IMG/VR virus record: IMGVR_UViG_3300035208_005226
Coordinates: 1-64,000 of that record
Strand: one strand, 5' to 3'
Origin: a virus
Lineage: Duplodnaviria; Caudoviricetes
DNA: 64,000 bases
Shown here: piece by piece, positions 50,272 through 60,767 of the stretch
Layout: every line of letters begins with the position of its first letter
Numbering within the stretch: position 1 is the stretch's first letter
Position numbers and translations under genes: made by a program
Notes under the pieces: generated by a model
Told to the model about the DNA's origin: nothing
The model's database searches: none
Seen by the model: the letters and a program-made list of their open reading frames with translations, nothing else

Positions 50272-53200
50272 ATGGTGGATCCTAAAAAAAATATCAATGA
50301 TAATGTAAGAGTTAAGATCTTGCTTGACGCCGCAAAGAAAGGCGATGAGAATCTTGAGCACATTAGAACGCGATATAAGGATGCCATAAAGGAGTATGGG
50401 GCCGATGAAGACATCATACTTGTTAATCCTAAGCTGGTGAGTGATCGCAAAGAGCTTAATGACATGATGCAACATGTCATGCTGGATAAAACTTTTGCTG
50501 TGGATACCGAGGTAAATCCTAGGGCCGGAAAACCCGGGACTATTCAAATTGCATCTAGATCAGGTGTACATACTATTGCGGTTAATGCATTTAGAGAAAA
50601 CGAAGCGGATATGACATATCTTAGAAATAAGATAGGGTCGTTGTTAAACCGGGATGACGTGCATTCATATTACCATAATAGAATGTTTGATATGGACTTT
50701 CTCACCAGGGATGGGTTTAATCTGGCATTGACAAATTCAGGGGGGGAAGTTACAGCACATGATACAGTTGCATTGGCATCCAGACTTGGGAAGGCAAACT
50801 TGCTTGCTAATCCAGAAATGGGAAATTCTCTGGCATCATTTGTACTGAGATCTTTGGGAAAATATCTGCCTAAGAAGTTGTCTGGGTCTGGATTTGGATT
50901 TAACTATAATGTTGAGACATCCAAAACCAAAGATTTTGATAAGTGGTTTCTTAGGTATGGTGCTGGAGATGCACTAGCACTGTATGAAGTGGTATCTAAG
51001 TATTATGGAGAGCACAATGATCTTAAGAACCTGAAGAATATTGGAGCATCCAAGGATCAGATTGATTTTATAAATAAGATTGATGAGATAGAGCATGCAA
51101 AGAGATCAATGTTTAGGCCACCGCCTAGTGTTCAGGATTTCATGGAAGGACGGAATATTATAGCAACCAGGGTTAAAAAGGGAAATGATGGGAAGTTATA
51201 TGTTGAAAGTTATTTGTCACCGTCTGATGAATCCCAAAATGCAGTGATGAATTACCTAAGCGACAATAATATTTTAGATATTAAAAAAAAGCACGAAACA
51301 GGAATATTGGAAAAGGCAGCAGCAGTAGGAGTAAAACTAAAAAAAGGAGAAATTGCAGAGGAAGTAAATCTAAAAGCAGAAAGAGAAATAGCAAGTTATC
51401 TGCATACAAACCACGGAATAGACATTTATAAAGCAGTTGCAGATGCATTATCCGGAACTGCAAAGACCGATGTAAAATCCGGGATTAATCCAATTGCAAG
51501 GATGTATGCAAAGGGTGTAGCCGGAAGACTTGGGATGTTTAGATCCAACCGGGTGTATGTATCTGATGCATATCGAAACAAACCTGGGCAGGGCGGATCA
51601 TATGCTAAATATGCCAGTGCATACAGCAAGGACAACAAGATTGGAATTGGATATATTCCGGAAATAAGAAGCGGGGATTTTTCAATTGTAAAGGCATTCA
51701 GACAGATGTATGAAGCATCTCCCGAATACCTGATGAAATCTGTGGGGCACTTTGTTAAAGGGGATATAAACAAGGGAAATGTAGAATCTGCAACATCTGA
51801 CATATTTAATAGGGTAAAGAGTCTGCCTACCGATATAAACGAGGTAAAGAATTATTTTGGTGCATTGGGAATTTCACCTGATGTTATTGATGCAAACCCG
51901 GAGATGTGGATTAGGGATTATCATAGACATGGCCTTGTGGGAACATGGCTTGGACTTAGTAATGTGGCAAAAGGATTGACTGGAAAGAAAAGTATAGAAC
52001 GAAATGTGGTTGGTGCAATTAAACAGGTTGGGTTTGATCCTACAACCGGAGATCCTATTTATGCAAGGAAGTTACAGGAATCGAAGTCTGAAATATCGGA
52101 GTCCGGATTAAACTCGTTGCTTAATGGAGTATATGAATCGTTTGCCGGGATAAAAATAGCAAAACATAGTGTTCCAGGATTTACTCCCGGAAAGTCTGCT
52201 GCTGCATTTGGATCGTTGCTTGGTAGTGGAAGAGCTGTTGAAATTATAACAAAGATGGGATTACCGGAAAGTGTGGCTGCCATACCAGGAAAGTTTAGAT
52301 TCAGACAGCAATTGATGTCATCTGCTGTTAATTATGGTGCGGCATATGAGAACATGGACGAGCGGATGCAATCCGTAAATGCAATCAACACACCCGAAAT
52401 GAATGAGTTATATGGGGAAACAGAGCTGCTTAACAAGATGCCTATACGATCCAGGTTTAAAGAAGGAGATGTTGATGAATCACATAGAGAACGGTTGAGA
52501 TCATTGGGATTTGAACCTGAAAAGATTGAAGAACTGGTTGCAAATGGCGGAGAAATATTAAGAGAGGCACTGACATCCCCGGTATTGTATGGAAAAGGAA
52601 ACGAATGGTGGAAACAGTCCAGAATTATTGTTACAGATGATGTAAAGCAGAAGTTTACTGACTTGTGGGAAAATATTGAGAATTATTCGCCTGAAGTTCA
52701 GAATAAGATACGATCTGCTCTTGCTATAGGAACAAAAGGGCCGTTTAGAGATGCAAACGGACTGGTGCAGGTTGGAGATCTTGATACCAGGATGGTGGGA
52801 CATAATAAGAATTATGAGTTATCCACAGGGTTCTATCAGGGAACTGTAGGTCAGGAAATAACATCTATGCTGACTGATAAGCAGTTTAGACATGAGGCAT
52901 TTATTGAAAATATACCAAAGATGATTCCAGAAATTTATGCAAGCGGCGATAAGGGAATTACACCCGGTGGAAGATCGCAATATATAAAAGACTCCTATGA
53001 TTTTTTTGCTCAGATAGGACTGCTTAAGAGCATTCCGGATAAAAAAGTGGGAATCAAAGCAGCAAAAGGCATCAAAAACACCATATTAACTGAAATGAGT
53101 TATAGGAAGGCATATGGGAAAAATGTACTTAGTGATGCTGAAGTTCTGAAGATGTCTCGTTTGTTTAATTTAGTGATGTCAAAAAGAGTTGCCAGAGACG

Positions 53201-56200
53201 AAACTATAATGAGGGCAGATCTAGACAAAAGTCTTGATTATATAGGGAATATTAAGAACGAGGTTGGATATAACCCCAATGTATTGCATGGATCTTATAG
53301 AAATTATAATGAAGAAACAGGAATGAGTACCATTGTACCATATCAGACATTATCTACACTCCCGACGATGAGTGAAAAGGAAGCCAGGAAACTGGAAGGA
53401 AGTTATATAAACAGAGTTAAGGAACTGTCTGAAGTAATAAGGCCGAAAGAATTGTTGCAAGTAGAAAAGTTTATTTCTGGAATAGAAAAGGGATATGCCC
53501 CAAATGCAACTGAGTCTGTTAATGCAGCATCAATATATGACACGGTGAAGAAGCTGGGATTGAATGAAGACGATGCATATTCGTTGGTAAATAATGCCAC
53601 AACTGAGGCTTATGATATAGGACAGGCGTTTTCTCCGGAATCAAAAATTCCTGCTACCTTGGCAGTCAGCAGAACGTTATTTCCACCATTAAAAAAGGCA
53701 ATTGCCTCTGTTATTCCAGATGTTGCACCGGTCATTTCAGATACAGGAGTTGGAAGATCTCATTCTCCGCTACTGAACGCAATATTTGATATATCGTCTG
53801 AGACTGGAGGACGAACTCCATTAATGTCTCACCCCATTGGTATAACCGATCCGGATGTTTTAATGTCTATGCTGGAGTCTGGTGCAATAACGGATAAAGA
53901 ATATGCAAAGGCTGTTGTGTTGTCTGCGAAACCAATTACAGATCAGAAAGGAACTAGATGGGAAAAACATATTCCGAGGGCATTTGCAGATATTTCTAAA
54001 GTTGATTTCTCCAGTGGATTTATACGACCGCCTAATGTAGGAGATGAATATATTCAGACACGTGGATCTGGTCCATCTCGTTTATACTACAGTACATTCC
54101 GGGGAATGATGGGAGAAACCTTGTCTGTAATGGCTGAGAATGCAGCACGTAAGAAACAAGATTTGAGAAGGCTCGAGAGCGAACGGGTTTTAGATAAGCT
54201 TGCTGGATCTCATTCCATTCAGGTTGATTACTTGAAAGGACACAAGGTTGCTACCGGTGCAAATGCTGTGATGGAAGAAGGAAAGGTTGGAAATCTTGTT
54301 AAGACATATGAGACATATAACAAGGTTTCTGATGCTATAGGAGAGAGACACAGCGATATAATAAAGCCAGGATATGTTCCTAAGAAAACAATATCAAGAA
54401 ATCGCATACTTGGGGAATATTCTCCAGAAACAGCAAATGTTAGATATAATAGAGACATTGGACAGATAATTGGAAGCGTATCTGATTATGCTGGAATGGC
54501 TAAAGATGTTGGAGGATTTAAAGATAGCAAGGAGGCATTAAAGAAGGCTCCTGGAATCATATCAAAGTTTTTAAACATATGGGGTCCAAGGAAACCAGAC
54601 ACTTGGAAAAGCAGTGATGCCAGATTGTTTGCTCCTGGATATTATCCAGAAAATGATGTGTCTGATTTGGTTTCCATAGATTTTTGGATGAACAAAGAGT
54701 TGGAGCGGGTATGGAGTGGAAAGACTCCATTTAGTCTGATGCCGAAGGGAGAGAACGAAGATATAAAAGGGTCTGATATATTTGGACTGGACTTTACCAG
54801 GGAAACCACAACCGAGAGTTCAAAGGACTTTAAGAGAATAAGCAGAGATGTAATGGAGAAATCAATTCTCCAGTCCATTAAGGAATCTGATAACCCGGTT
54901 GAACTTATAAATCAAATGCATAGATCTATTGAAGGATTCAATCAATGGAAGAAAGAAGGGGTTGAGGGAACTTATCCATATATTCCAGATTACTTGGCAT
55001 TGTCTAAATCACCAGGTATGAGTTCTGGATTGGGAACTTCGCTATTTGACTGGCTTACAAAAGGCAATACAAAGGAGTTATCTGCTGCATTTTCTGAGAA
55101 TGAGAAAGGATATGGTACGTTGTCCAGTATGCTTGAGGAGGTTGCGGAGATACAAGAAAGCGGGATGTTAAATGGAAAAAGGATAGGGAAAGACGCATCC
55201 GATTATGATGTGGTATCTCACGTAATAAATAAATACAGGACTGGAGAAACCGGAGAAATAAGTCTTGAATATCTTGATGCGGTTAACTTGGTTTCTGGAT
55301 ATAGACCATTAAGACCTGAATATGGAATACAACATGTTAATCCATATTATAAGGGAATACCAAGGAAGTTGTCTGAATATAATCCACGCGATTATGGACT
55401 TGGGATGAAAAGCGGGAGATCATCTGTGCTTACTGATCTGTACTCAGATGTCATTGATTACAGTAAGGGTAGAAGTATTGGATTTAGACTGCCTAAATTT
55501 GGAAAAGGAACTCCAAATATAAATGGAATTACATTATCTGGTAAGGCATTTGGATTATCGGTGGTAGGCGATGGCGGACCTGAAATATCAATCTCAGATG
55601 ATGGGACCATTAGAACCCACAATACGGAAGAAGTGGTTAATTTTAGATCTCCTACTACTGTAATACCAAAGAATAGACTTCCACACTTTGCTTTTGGAAC
55701 CCCAGACTTCAACAGAAATGACATAATACGGTCTATTGCGGAATCTATTGAAAATAGTTTTGAAGAATATAATGCTCTTGGATCAGATTTATTATCAACA
55801 AAGGGAGTCACAAGGACCACCACACCGTCTGAAATCCAGTCGATAAAAAGTGTGGTGGCGGAACATATGAATTCCGGATTGGCTAAATCCGGGAAGCATC
55901 CTGAAAGGGCTGGGTTGTTTAGGACGGAAGGAAGTGGAATAATCAGTGGTATTGGAAGATTTATGGACTTTGGTAATACTGATTATACGCTTAGTGGTCC
56001 TGGTAATGTAAGAAAAGATATTGGGCGGCATGATATCATGGGACAAGATATATCTGGTAGAATCCAGAGAATGTCGGATGTCACAAATATCACAGATAAT
56101 AGATTTATACGAAATAAAAACCGGGGGATTGCAGATGTATATGAAGATGCCACCATTCCTGGAATTCAAAAAGTAGTAACATCATTGCCTCAGCCTGGTG

Positions 56201-59200
56201 GAGTCGCACAATCCGGAGCAAGATTGTCTGCAACAGAAATTAATAGTCTTAAAGATATGCTGGGGGATTTAAATGCGTCGATGAGAGATCTTGGTAGCGA
56301 TACTGATTATGGTGGATTCATTAAGAGTCTTGAAACATCAATTGGGGCAAACAGGGGTATTGATGTAACAAAAGGTGTGGCAGAACAGTTTAAGCTACTT
56401 AGTGATCAGCTTAGGATTATTGTTCCGGAATTGAAGTCGTTTTCTGATGTTGCAAAGATAGAGAATATTGCAAAGGCAAGAAAGGTATCTCCTGAATATC
56501 AGGAAGAAATCATGAAAAAGGGGTACTTTAAGGAAGGCCCTATAAGCAGCATCAGATACATGATGGCAAAGAGGAGAGATCCCGGATTGACTCCGGAAGA
56601 ATGGAATGCAGATAGGTTTGAAGCATCATTTTCAGAAAGCAGAGATCAGAGATTAGCTAGGTGGTTAAAGAAGAGGGCTTTGAAGGGGACCGAAGAAACT
56701 GAGACATTTGCATTCCAAGCCAATTATGCATTGGAGTCTCCAGCAGCTAAGTCGGAAATGACAAGGGTGCAGTCAGAGTTCTCTGCATTTGTATCTGAAT
56801 TGTCTAAGATTGACAAAAATATTAAAATAAATACTCAGACGGGGACAAAATTCTCACCGGGCGAAAAGTCAAAACAAGTTGAGAGCGTCTTTGGGGAACA
56901 ACTTGGGATGAATGTAGAGGTGAGTAAAGAAGCTCTGAGATTGAAGTTTGGCAAAGATTATAGGAAGATATTACAGGGTATGTTTGGGCCGTCTTTAATT
57001 GATCAGCCAGGATATATTTCAAATGCAAACCTGGATATTGTGGAAGGCAGGAGAACCACAAGACCTACAGAAGAATCATCTGGATATTTATCTGCATCTT
57101 CCACTCTTCAGGGATATGGCAGAAAAATGACGGCATTGAGCATGGGTGCAATGGGTACCTACTTTTCAATAACTGGTATCTATAGTGTGATATCTCAAGG
57201 CGTTCGTATGGTAACCGATTCACTGAAGGATCTTAGTTCTCAGATGAAATCAATTGCCATAATGGATAACTTCAGCAATGGGCTACTTAGATCTAAGGAT
57301 ATAATGGCTACGATGGGAATAACCCAGCAGGATTTCATTAATGGGTGGAAAGGCATAACATCTATCCAGGCATCGTTCCAGGTATTTTTGGGATCTATTG
57401 CTGCTAAGATGATGCAGGTAGGAGAAGACGGAACTTCAGCGTTCAAAACCATTGCTGATACACTGATGAAGGCATTTACAGATAAAAGAAGCATAGATGA
57501 ATTGGTGAGTTCTGTTAAGACACTGGTTGTGGCGGGTGCAGAATTGCTACCGATGTTTATTGGGTTTGCTAAAACTCTTGCTAATCTGGTTGCTGGAATT
57601 GCAAAAAGTCCGTTTGCTCCACTTATTACTGGATTTACGCTTATTGCGTTTGTAATGCAACCGGTGCTTACACTGATTGCTGTTACACTGGAAGGATTTG
57701 CATCATTGCTTACCCTTATGGCATTCATGGGTCCGGCAGCATCAACCGGAGCACTTGGAATGACACAGTTTGCAGCTGGTACCACAAGTGCAGCTGGTGG
57801 TGTAATGGTTCTTAATGGGGCATTGGGAACTACACTTGCAATGTTATCAACTGTAGTTGTGGTTGTAGGAGCTGCTGTTGCTGCTTGGCAGTTACTAGGA
57901 ATGGCTATAAATTTTGCATCAAATAAAGAGGTTGTTCCTACCCCGGTTGGATTAATTGGGGGTGCACTTGGATTCAATAAGGGTGGATTGGTGGAGTGTT
58001 TTGCAGAGGGAGGAGAAAAAGGAACCGACATCGTTCCCTCAATGCTTACACCCGGGGAGTTTGTAGTTAGGAGAGATTCTGCTAAGAAGTTTGGATATGA
58101 CAGGCTTGACAAAATTAATAAAATGGCAGATGGAGGTGTTGTAGGCGGACTGATGCCATCATCCTCTCCTGTTATGGATTCAGATAACCGGATGAATATA
58201 AACAATAAGTTTGGGTTGTTGACAAATGTGAGTGAGGCAGGAGCCAATGCAAATAAAAATACCGCAAAGACGTTATCTGATGCAAGTGGAGGGAAATATC
58301 TTAATGTTAAGTTGTATGGAGAAGAAGGGCAGATCGGCGGTAAAGGCGATGTAGAAACTGAAGGTGGATATCTAGGAAATCTAATGGATACTCTAGGAAA
58401 TGCAGCAGATGAATTTGCGAAGGGGCTATCTGATACATTTACCCCAAGTGGACTCAAGAATGTAGTAACAACTGGAGCAGCTGGAGCAACGTTGTCTACT
58501 CCATTTAATGAACTTACTAAAAAAGTAAAGGAATGGTGGGATAAAATAGAATGGCCTGATGTCGGAAAATGGATTAAAGAAAGATTTAAGTTTTTGGATG
58601 ATACAGATCTTGGAGAAAAATTTAGGGAATTTAAGGAAAGGTTAATTGAGTTGACTACCGGAAAGGAGAGAACCGGTAGAACTGAGAATGTAGACATCGA
58701 TAGGAATGAAAAGATAAAAGGAAGGAAGACACCTGGGGAAGAAAGTCTCGAAAGTAAAACTAATAAAAGGGTTGTAGACTGGTTTAGAGGGGATAAAGGA
58801 TTAGAAGGCTGGGAAAAGGTAGATACAGGAACCGAAAAACAACCTAGCAGACCAAAGATGACCTGGTCATATGAGAATGAATATGGGAATGTAGAGGCAG
58901 AAAAACCAATTTATGAACCAGGAAGAAATGCATTACCAAATCAAATATGGGAGGTAACTCCAGAAGGAGGTATAGGAAAAGGAGTTGAAACACCAGAGAG
59001 CGGGTTTAAAACCGCAAAGCCACCTGTTGGAGTTTCAACTACCCAAGAGATTATTGGTGGTGCTAAAGGAGGTGGTATTCTTGGTGGTATATTAGCTGCT
59101 GTGGATGAGATACTTGTAAAGGGAAAATCTCCGGTAGAGGCAGCACCTACGGTTGGAGTGAGTGCAGCAGCAGGAGCGGGACTTGGAGCTGCAACAGCTG

Positions 59201-60264
59201 CATTTCCTATTTTGGGTCTTCCAGTAGCTATGCTTTCTCATGAGTGGATGGCAAACTTCGGCGCAAATGTAGCAGAAAAAGCAACTGGAGGAACATGGAT
59301 AGAAGAGAAAAAAGACAAACAGGGCAATGTTATTACTCCTGGATATATGGAGGGAGGAAATAAAGAACTTGGTGCGGCATCTGGCATTGCAGGTGCCACA
59401 ATAAATGATGTCACTGGTGGAGCAGTGACCGGTGGTGCAATAGGATCTGTGGTTCCAGTTGTTGGAACTGGCATTGGAGCACTTATAGGTGCAATTGCTG
59501 GCATAGTTAGTGGCGGGGTTCTTGATATTCAGGATATAAATAAACAGGTTTCGTCTGGCAAAACCAATATTGAGGGCAATTATGGTGTAATTGGATCGGT
59601 TTCAAAGTATGCAACTAATTTATCCATGAATCCAACTGCCGCAAATGGTGAAGCAAACCCGATGTATTATGATGCAACAAAGGCACAAAATATGCTGAGT
59701 GGAACGCTTGATTCCATAAAAACAAGTATATTGAGCGGGCTTGGAGATGCATCCGCCACACTTGGTACTATATGGGGTTCAGTTTATAATATGGCAATAT
59801 CAGGATTTGGAGATGCAGCATCGGTGCTTGGAGGACTGTGGACCTGGATATCAGATGCGGTTAAGTCGGCTATTGGTATTGGAGGCAGTGTAGTAAGTAC
59901 GGTGTCAAATGCTGCAACTGGTATAGCAAGCGGTGTAACTGGAACTGCAAGTGGGATTGTAAAGGCAATTACTGGTGCTGCTGATGGAGGACTGATAACT
60001 TCAACGGGATTGATTAATGCTCATGCTGGAGAAGTTATAGGTCCAATTGATAAAGTATCGAGTATTTTATCTGGTGCATCAAGCAGCAGCAATACAAATT
60101 CTACATCGTCTGTTTCATCATCTGGTGGTAATAATATCTCAATAACAATTCCAATAACTATAGGAAGTGCATCATCGTCCACAGTTAATGATATCAAGAG
60201 CGAACTTGAATATTGGTTACCACGGCTGCTCAAACAGTATGACATAAAAGGAATTAGCTTATGA
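50272..60264 (+). CDS. Giant tape measure protein with N-terminal DEDDy 3'-5' exonuclease domain
   Basis: Canonical TMP position. The C-terminal third is Ala/Gly-rich with hydrophobic helices and GTDIVPSMLTPGEFVV. The N-terminus has AVDTE / HNRMFD / YGAGD. Confidence 0.85.
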   Translation: MVDPKKNINDNVRVKILLDAAKKGDENLEHIRTRYKDAIKEYGADEDIILVNPKLVSDRKELNDMMQHVMLDKTFAVDTEVNPRAGKPGTIQIASRSGVHTIAVNAFRENEADMTYLRNKIGSLLNRDDVHSYYHNRMFDMDFLTRDGFNLALTNSGGEVTAHDTVALASRLGKANLLANPEMGNSLASFVLRSLGKYLPKKLSGSGFGFNYNVETSKTKDFDKWFLRYGAGDALALYEVVSKYYGEHNDLKNLKNIGASKDQIDFINKIDEIEHAKRSMFRPPPSVQDFMEGRNIIATRVKKGNDGKLYVESYLSPSDESQNAVMNYLSDNNILDIKKKHETGILEKAAAVGVKLKKGEIAEEVNLKAEREIASYLHTNHGIDIYKAVADALSGTAKTDVKSGINPIARMYAKGVAGRLGMFRSNRVYVSDAYRNKPGQGGSYAKYASAYSKDNKIGIGYIPEIRSGDFSIVKAFRQMYEASPEYLMKSVGHFVKGDINKGNVESATSDIFNRVKSLPTDINEVKNYFGALGISPDVIDANPEMWIRDYHRHGLVGTWLGLSNVAKGLTGKKSIERNVVGAIKQVGFDPTTGDPIYARKLQESKSEISESGLNSLLNGVYESFAGIKIAKHSVPGFTPGKSAAAFGSLLGSGRAVEIITKMGLPESVAAIPGKFRFRQQLMSSAVNYGAAYENMDERMQSVNAINTPEMNELYGETELLNKMPIRSRFKEGDVDESHRERLRSLGFEPEKIEELVANGGEILREALTSPVLYGKGNEWWKQSRIIVTDDVKQKFTDLWENIENYSPEVQNKIRSALAIGTKGPFRDANGLVQVGDLDTRMVGHNKNYELSTGFYQGTVGQEITSMLTDKQFRHEAFIENIPKMIPEIYASGDKGITPGGRSQYIKDSYDFFAQIGLLKSIPDKKVGIKAAKGIKNTILTEMSYRKAYGKNVLSDAEVLKMSRLFNLVMSKRVARDETIMRADLDKSLDYIGNIKNEVGYNPNVLHGSYRNYNEETGMSTIVPYQTLSTLPTMSEKEARKLEGSYINRVKELSEVIRPKELLQVEKFISGIEKGYAPNATESVNAASIYDTVKKLGLNEDDAYSLVNNATTEAYDIGQAFSPESKIPATLAVSRTLFPPLKKAIASVIPDVAPVISDTGVGRSHSPLLNAIFDISSETGGRTPLMSHPIGITDPDVLMSMLESGAITDKEYAKAVVLSAKPITDQKGTRWEKHIPRAFADISKVDFSSGFIRPPNVGDEYIQTRGSGPSRLYYSTFRGMMGETLSVMAENAARKKQDLRRLESERVLDKLAGSHSIQVDYLKGHKVATGANAVMEEGKVGNLVKTYETYNKVSDAIGERHSDIIKPGYVPKKTISRNRILGEYSPETANVRYNRDIGQIIGSVSDYAGMAKDVGGFKDSKEALKKAPGIISKFLNIWGPRKPDTWKSSDARLFAPGYYPENDVSDLVSIDFWMNKELERVWSGKTPFSLMPKGENEDIKGSDIFGLDFTRETTTESSKDFKRISRDVMEKSILQSIKESDNPVELINQMHRSIEGFNQWKKEGVEGTYPYIPDYLALSKSPGMSSGLGTSLFDWLTKGNTKELSAAFSENEKGYGTLSSMLEEVAEIQESGMLNGKRIGKDASDYDVVSHVINKYRTGETGEISLEYLDAVNLVSGYRPLRPEYGIQHVNPYYKGIPRKLSEYNPRDYGLGMKSGRSSVLTDLYSDVIDYSKGRSIGFRLPKFGKGTPNINGITLSGKAFGLSVVGDGGPEISISDDGTIRTHNTEEVVNFRSPTTVIPKNRLPHFAFGTPDFNRNDIIRSIAESIENSFEEYNALGSDLLSTKGVTRTTTPSEIQSIKSVVAEHMNSGLAKSGKHPERAGLFRTEGSGIISGIGRFMDFGNTDYTLSGPGNVRKDIGRHDIMGQDISGRIQRMSDVTNITDNRFIRNKNRGIADVYEDATIPGIQKVVTSLPQPGGVAQSGARLSATEINSLKDMLGDLNASMRDLGSDTDYGGFIKSLETSIGANRGIDVTKGVAEQFKLLSDQLRIIVPELKSFSDVAKIENIAKARKVSPEYQEEIMKKGYFKEGPISSIRYMMAKRRDPGLTPEEWNADRFEASFSESRDQRLARWLKKRALKGTEETETFAFQANYALESPAAKSEMTRVQSEFSAFVSELSKIDKNIKINTQTGTKFSPGEKSKQVESVFGEQLGMNVEVSKEALRLKFGKDYRKILQGMFGPSLIDQPGYISNANLDIVEGRRTTRPTEESSGYLSASSTLQGYGRKMTALSMGAMGTYFSITGIYSVISQGVRMVTDSLKDLSSQMKSIAIMDNFSNGLLRSKDIMATMGITQQDFINGWKGITSIQASFQVFLGSIAAKMMQVGEDGTSAFKTIADTLMKAFTDKRSIDELVSSVKTLVVAGAELLPMFIGFAKTLANLVAGIAKSPFAPLITGFTLIAFVMQPVLTLIAVTLEGFASLLTLMAFMGPAASTGALGMTQFAAGTTSAAGGVMVLNGALGTTLAMLSTVVVVVGAAVAAWQLLGMAINFASNKEVVPTPVGLIGGALGFNKGGLVECFAEGGEKGTDIVPSMLTPGEFVVRRDSAKKFGYDRLDKINKMADGGVVGGLMPSSSPVMDSDNRMNINNKFGLLTNVSEAGANANKNTAKTLSDASGGKYLNVKLYGEEGQIGGKGDVETEGGYLGNLMDTLGNAADEFAKGLSDTFTPSGLKNVVTTGAAGATLSTPFNELTKKVKEWWDKIEWPDVGKWIKERFKFLDDTDLGEKFREFKERLIELTTGKERTGRTENVDIDRNEKIKGRKTPGEESLESKTNKRVVDWFRGDKGLEGWEKVDTGTEKQPSRPKMTWSYENEYGNVEAEKPIYEPGRNALPNQIWEVTPEGGIGKGVETPESGFKTAKPPVGVSTTQEIIGGAKGGGILGGILAAVDEILVKGKSPVEAAPTVGVSAAAGAGLGAATAAFPILGLPVAMLSHEWMANFGANVAEKATGGTWIEEKKDKQGNVITPGYMEGGNKELGAASGIAGATINDVTGGAVTGGAIGSVVPVVGTGIGALIGAIAGIVSGGVLDIQDINKQVSSGKTNIEGNYGVIGSVSKYATNLSMNPTAANGEANPMYYDATKAQNMLSGTLDSIKTSILSGLGDASATLGTIWGSVYNMAISGFGDAASVLGGLWTWISDAVKSAIGIGGSVVSTVSNAATGIASGVTGTASGIVKAITGAADGGLITSTGLINAHAGEVIGPIDKVSSILSGASSSSNTNSTSSVSSSGGNNISITIPITIGSASSSTVNDIKSELEYWLPRLLKQYDIKGISL

Positions 60265-60767
60265 CCGAACTTGCTGAATATGCTCCATTGCAGTTTGCAG
60301 AAAGCACATTGAATATAACTATGGAATATAATGGAGATCATGGAAGAAAGGGATATGCTCCCGGATCAACTGGATTTACCCATAATATTTTTGCTAAAAA
60401 ACACAATAACACCAGAGAACTCAACGTAGATTCTATTCCTGGTGGAGCAATACCAGTGTCTAATTATTATGGGAAAAAAGTCCAGGTAGTAACACTAGAG
60501 GGATATTTTCCTTATAGATACCCAGATGATTTCTGGAATGTTTTTATGGCTGCATTGTCTCCATATCGGTATCTTTGCGTTCCTAAGAATATTTTTCTAT
60601 GTGGTAGTGTAATTCAGGTTAGTAAAAATGTAACATTCCCAGATTTACCGGTTGGATCATACTGGTATATAAAACGCTACACATATAAACGGGGTGTTGA
60701 TATGCCAGAAGTAGCGGGATTTAACTTGGTTTTATGGAGGTGGTATAACCTTGACATCTTTGAGTAA
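60261..60767 (+). CDS. Distal tail protein (Dit-like, putative)
   Basis: 168 aa directly after TMP with ATGA overlap. Confidence 0.5.
   Translation: MTELAEYAPLQFAESTLNITMEYNGDHGRKGYAPGSTGFTHNIFAKKHNNTRELNVDSIPGGAIPVSNYYGKKVQVVTLEGYFPYRYPDDFWNVFMAALSPYRYLCVPKNIFLCGSVIQVSKNVTFPDLPVGSYWYIKRYTYKRGVDMPEVAGFNLVLWRWYNLDIFE

Noticed and set aside
51010-57050. Virion RNA polymerase within the giant ORF
   Set aside because: No DxDGD or other polymerase catalytic motif was found by eye.
57240-58697. 485-aa minus-strand ORF
   Set aside because: It is the antisense shadow of the Ala/Gly-rich TMP region and has no independent motifs. The same applies to most short opposite-strand ORFs in the track.
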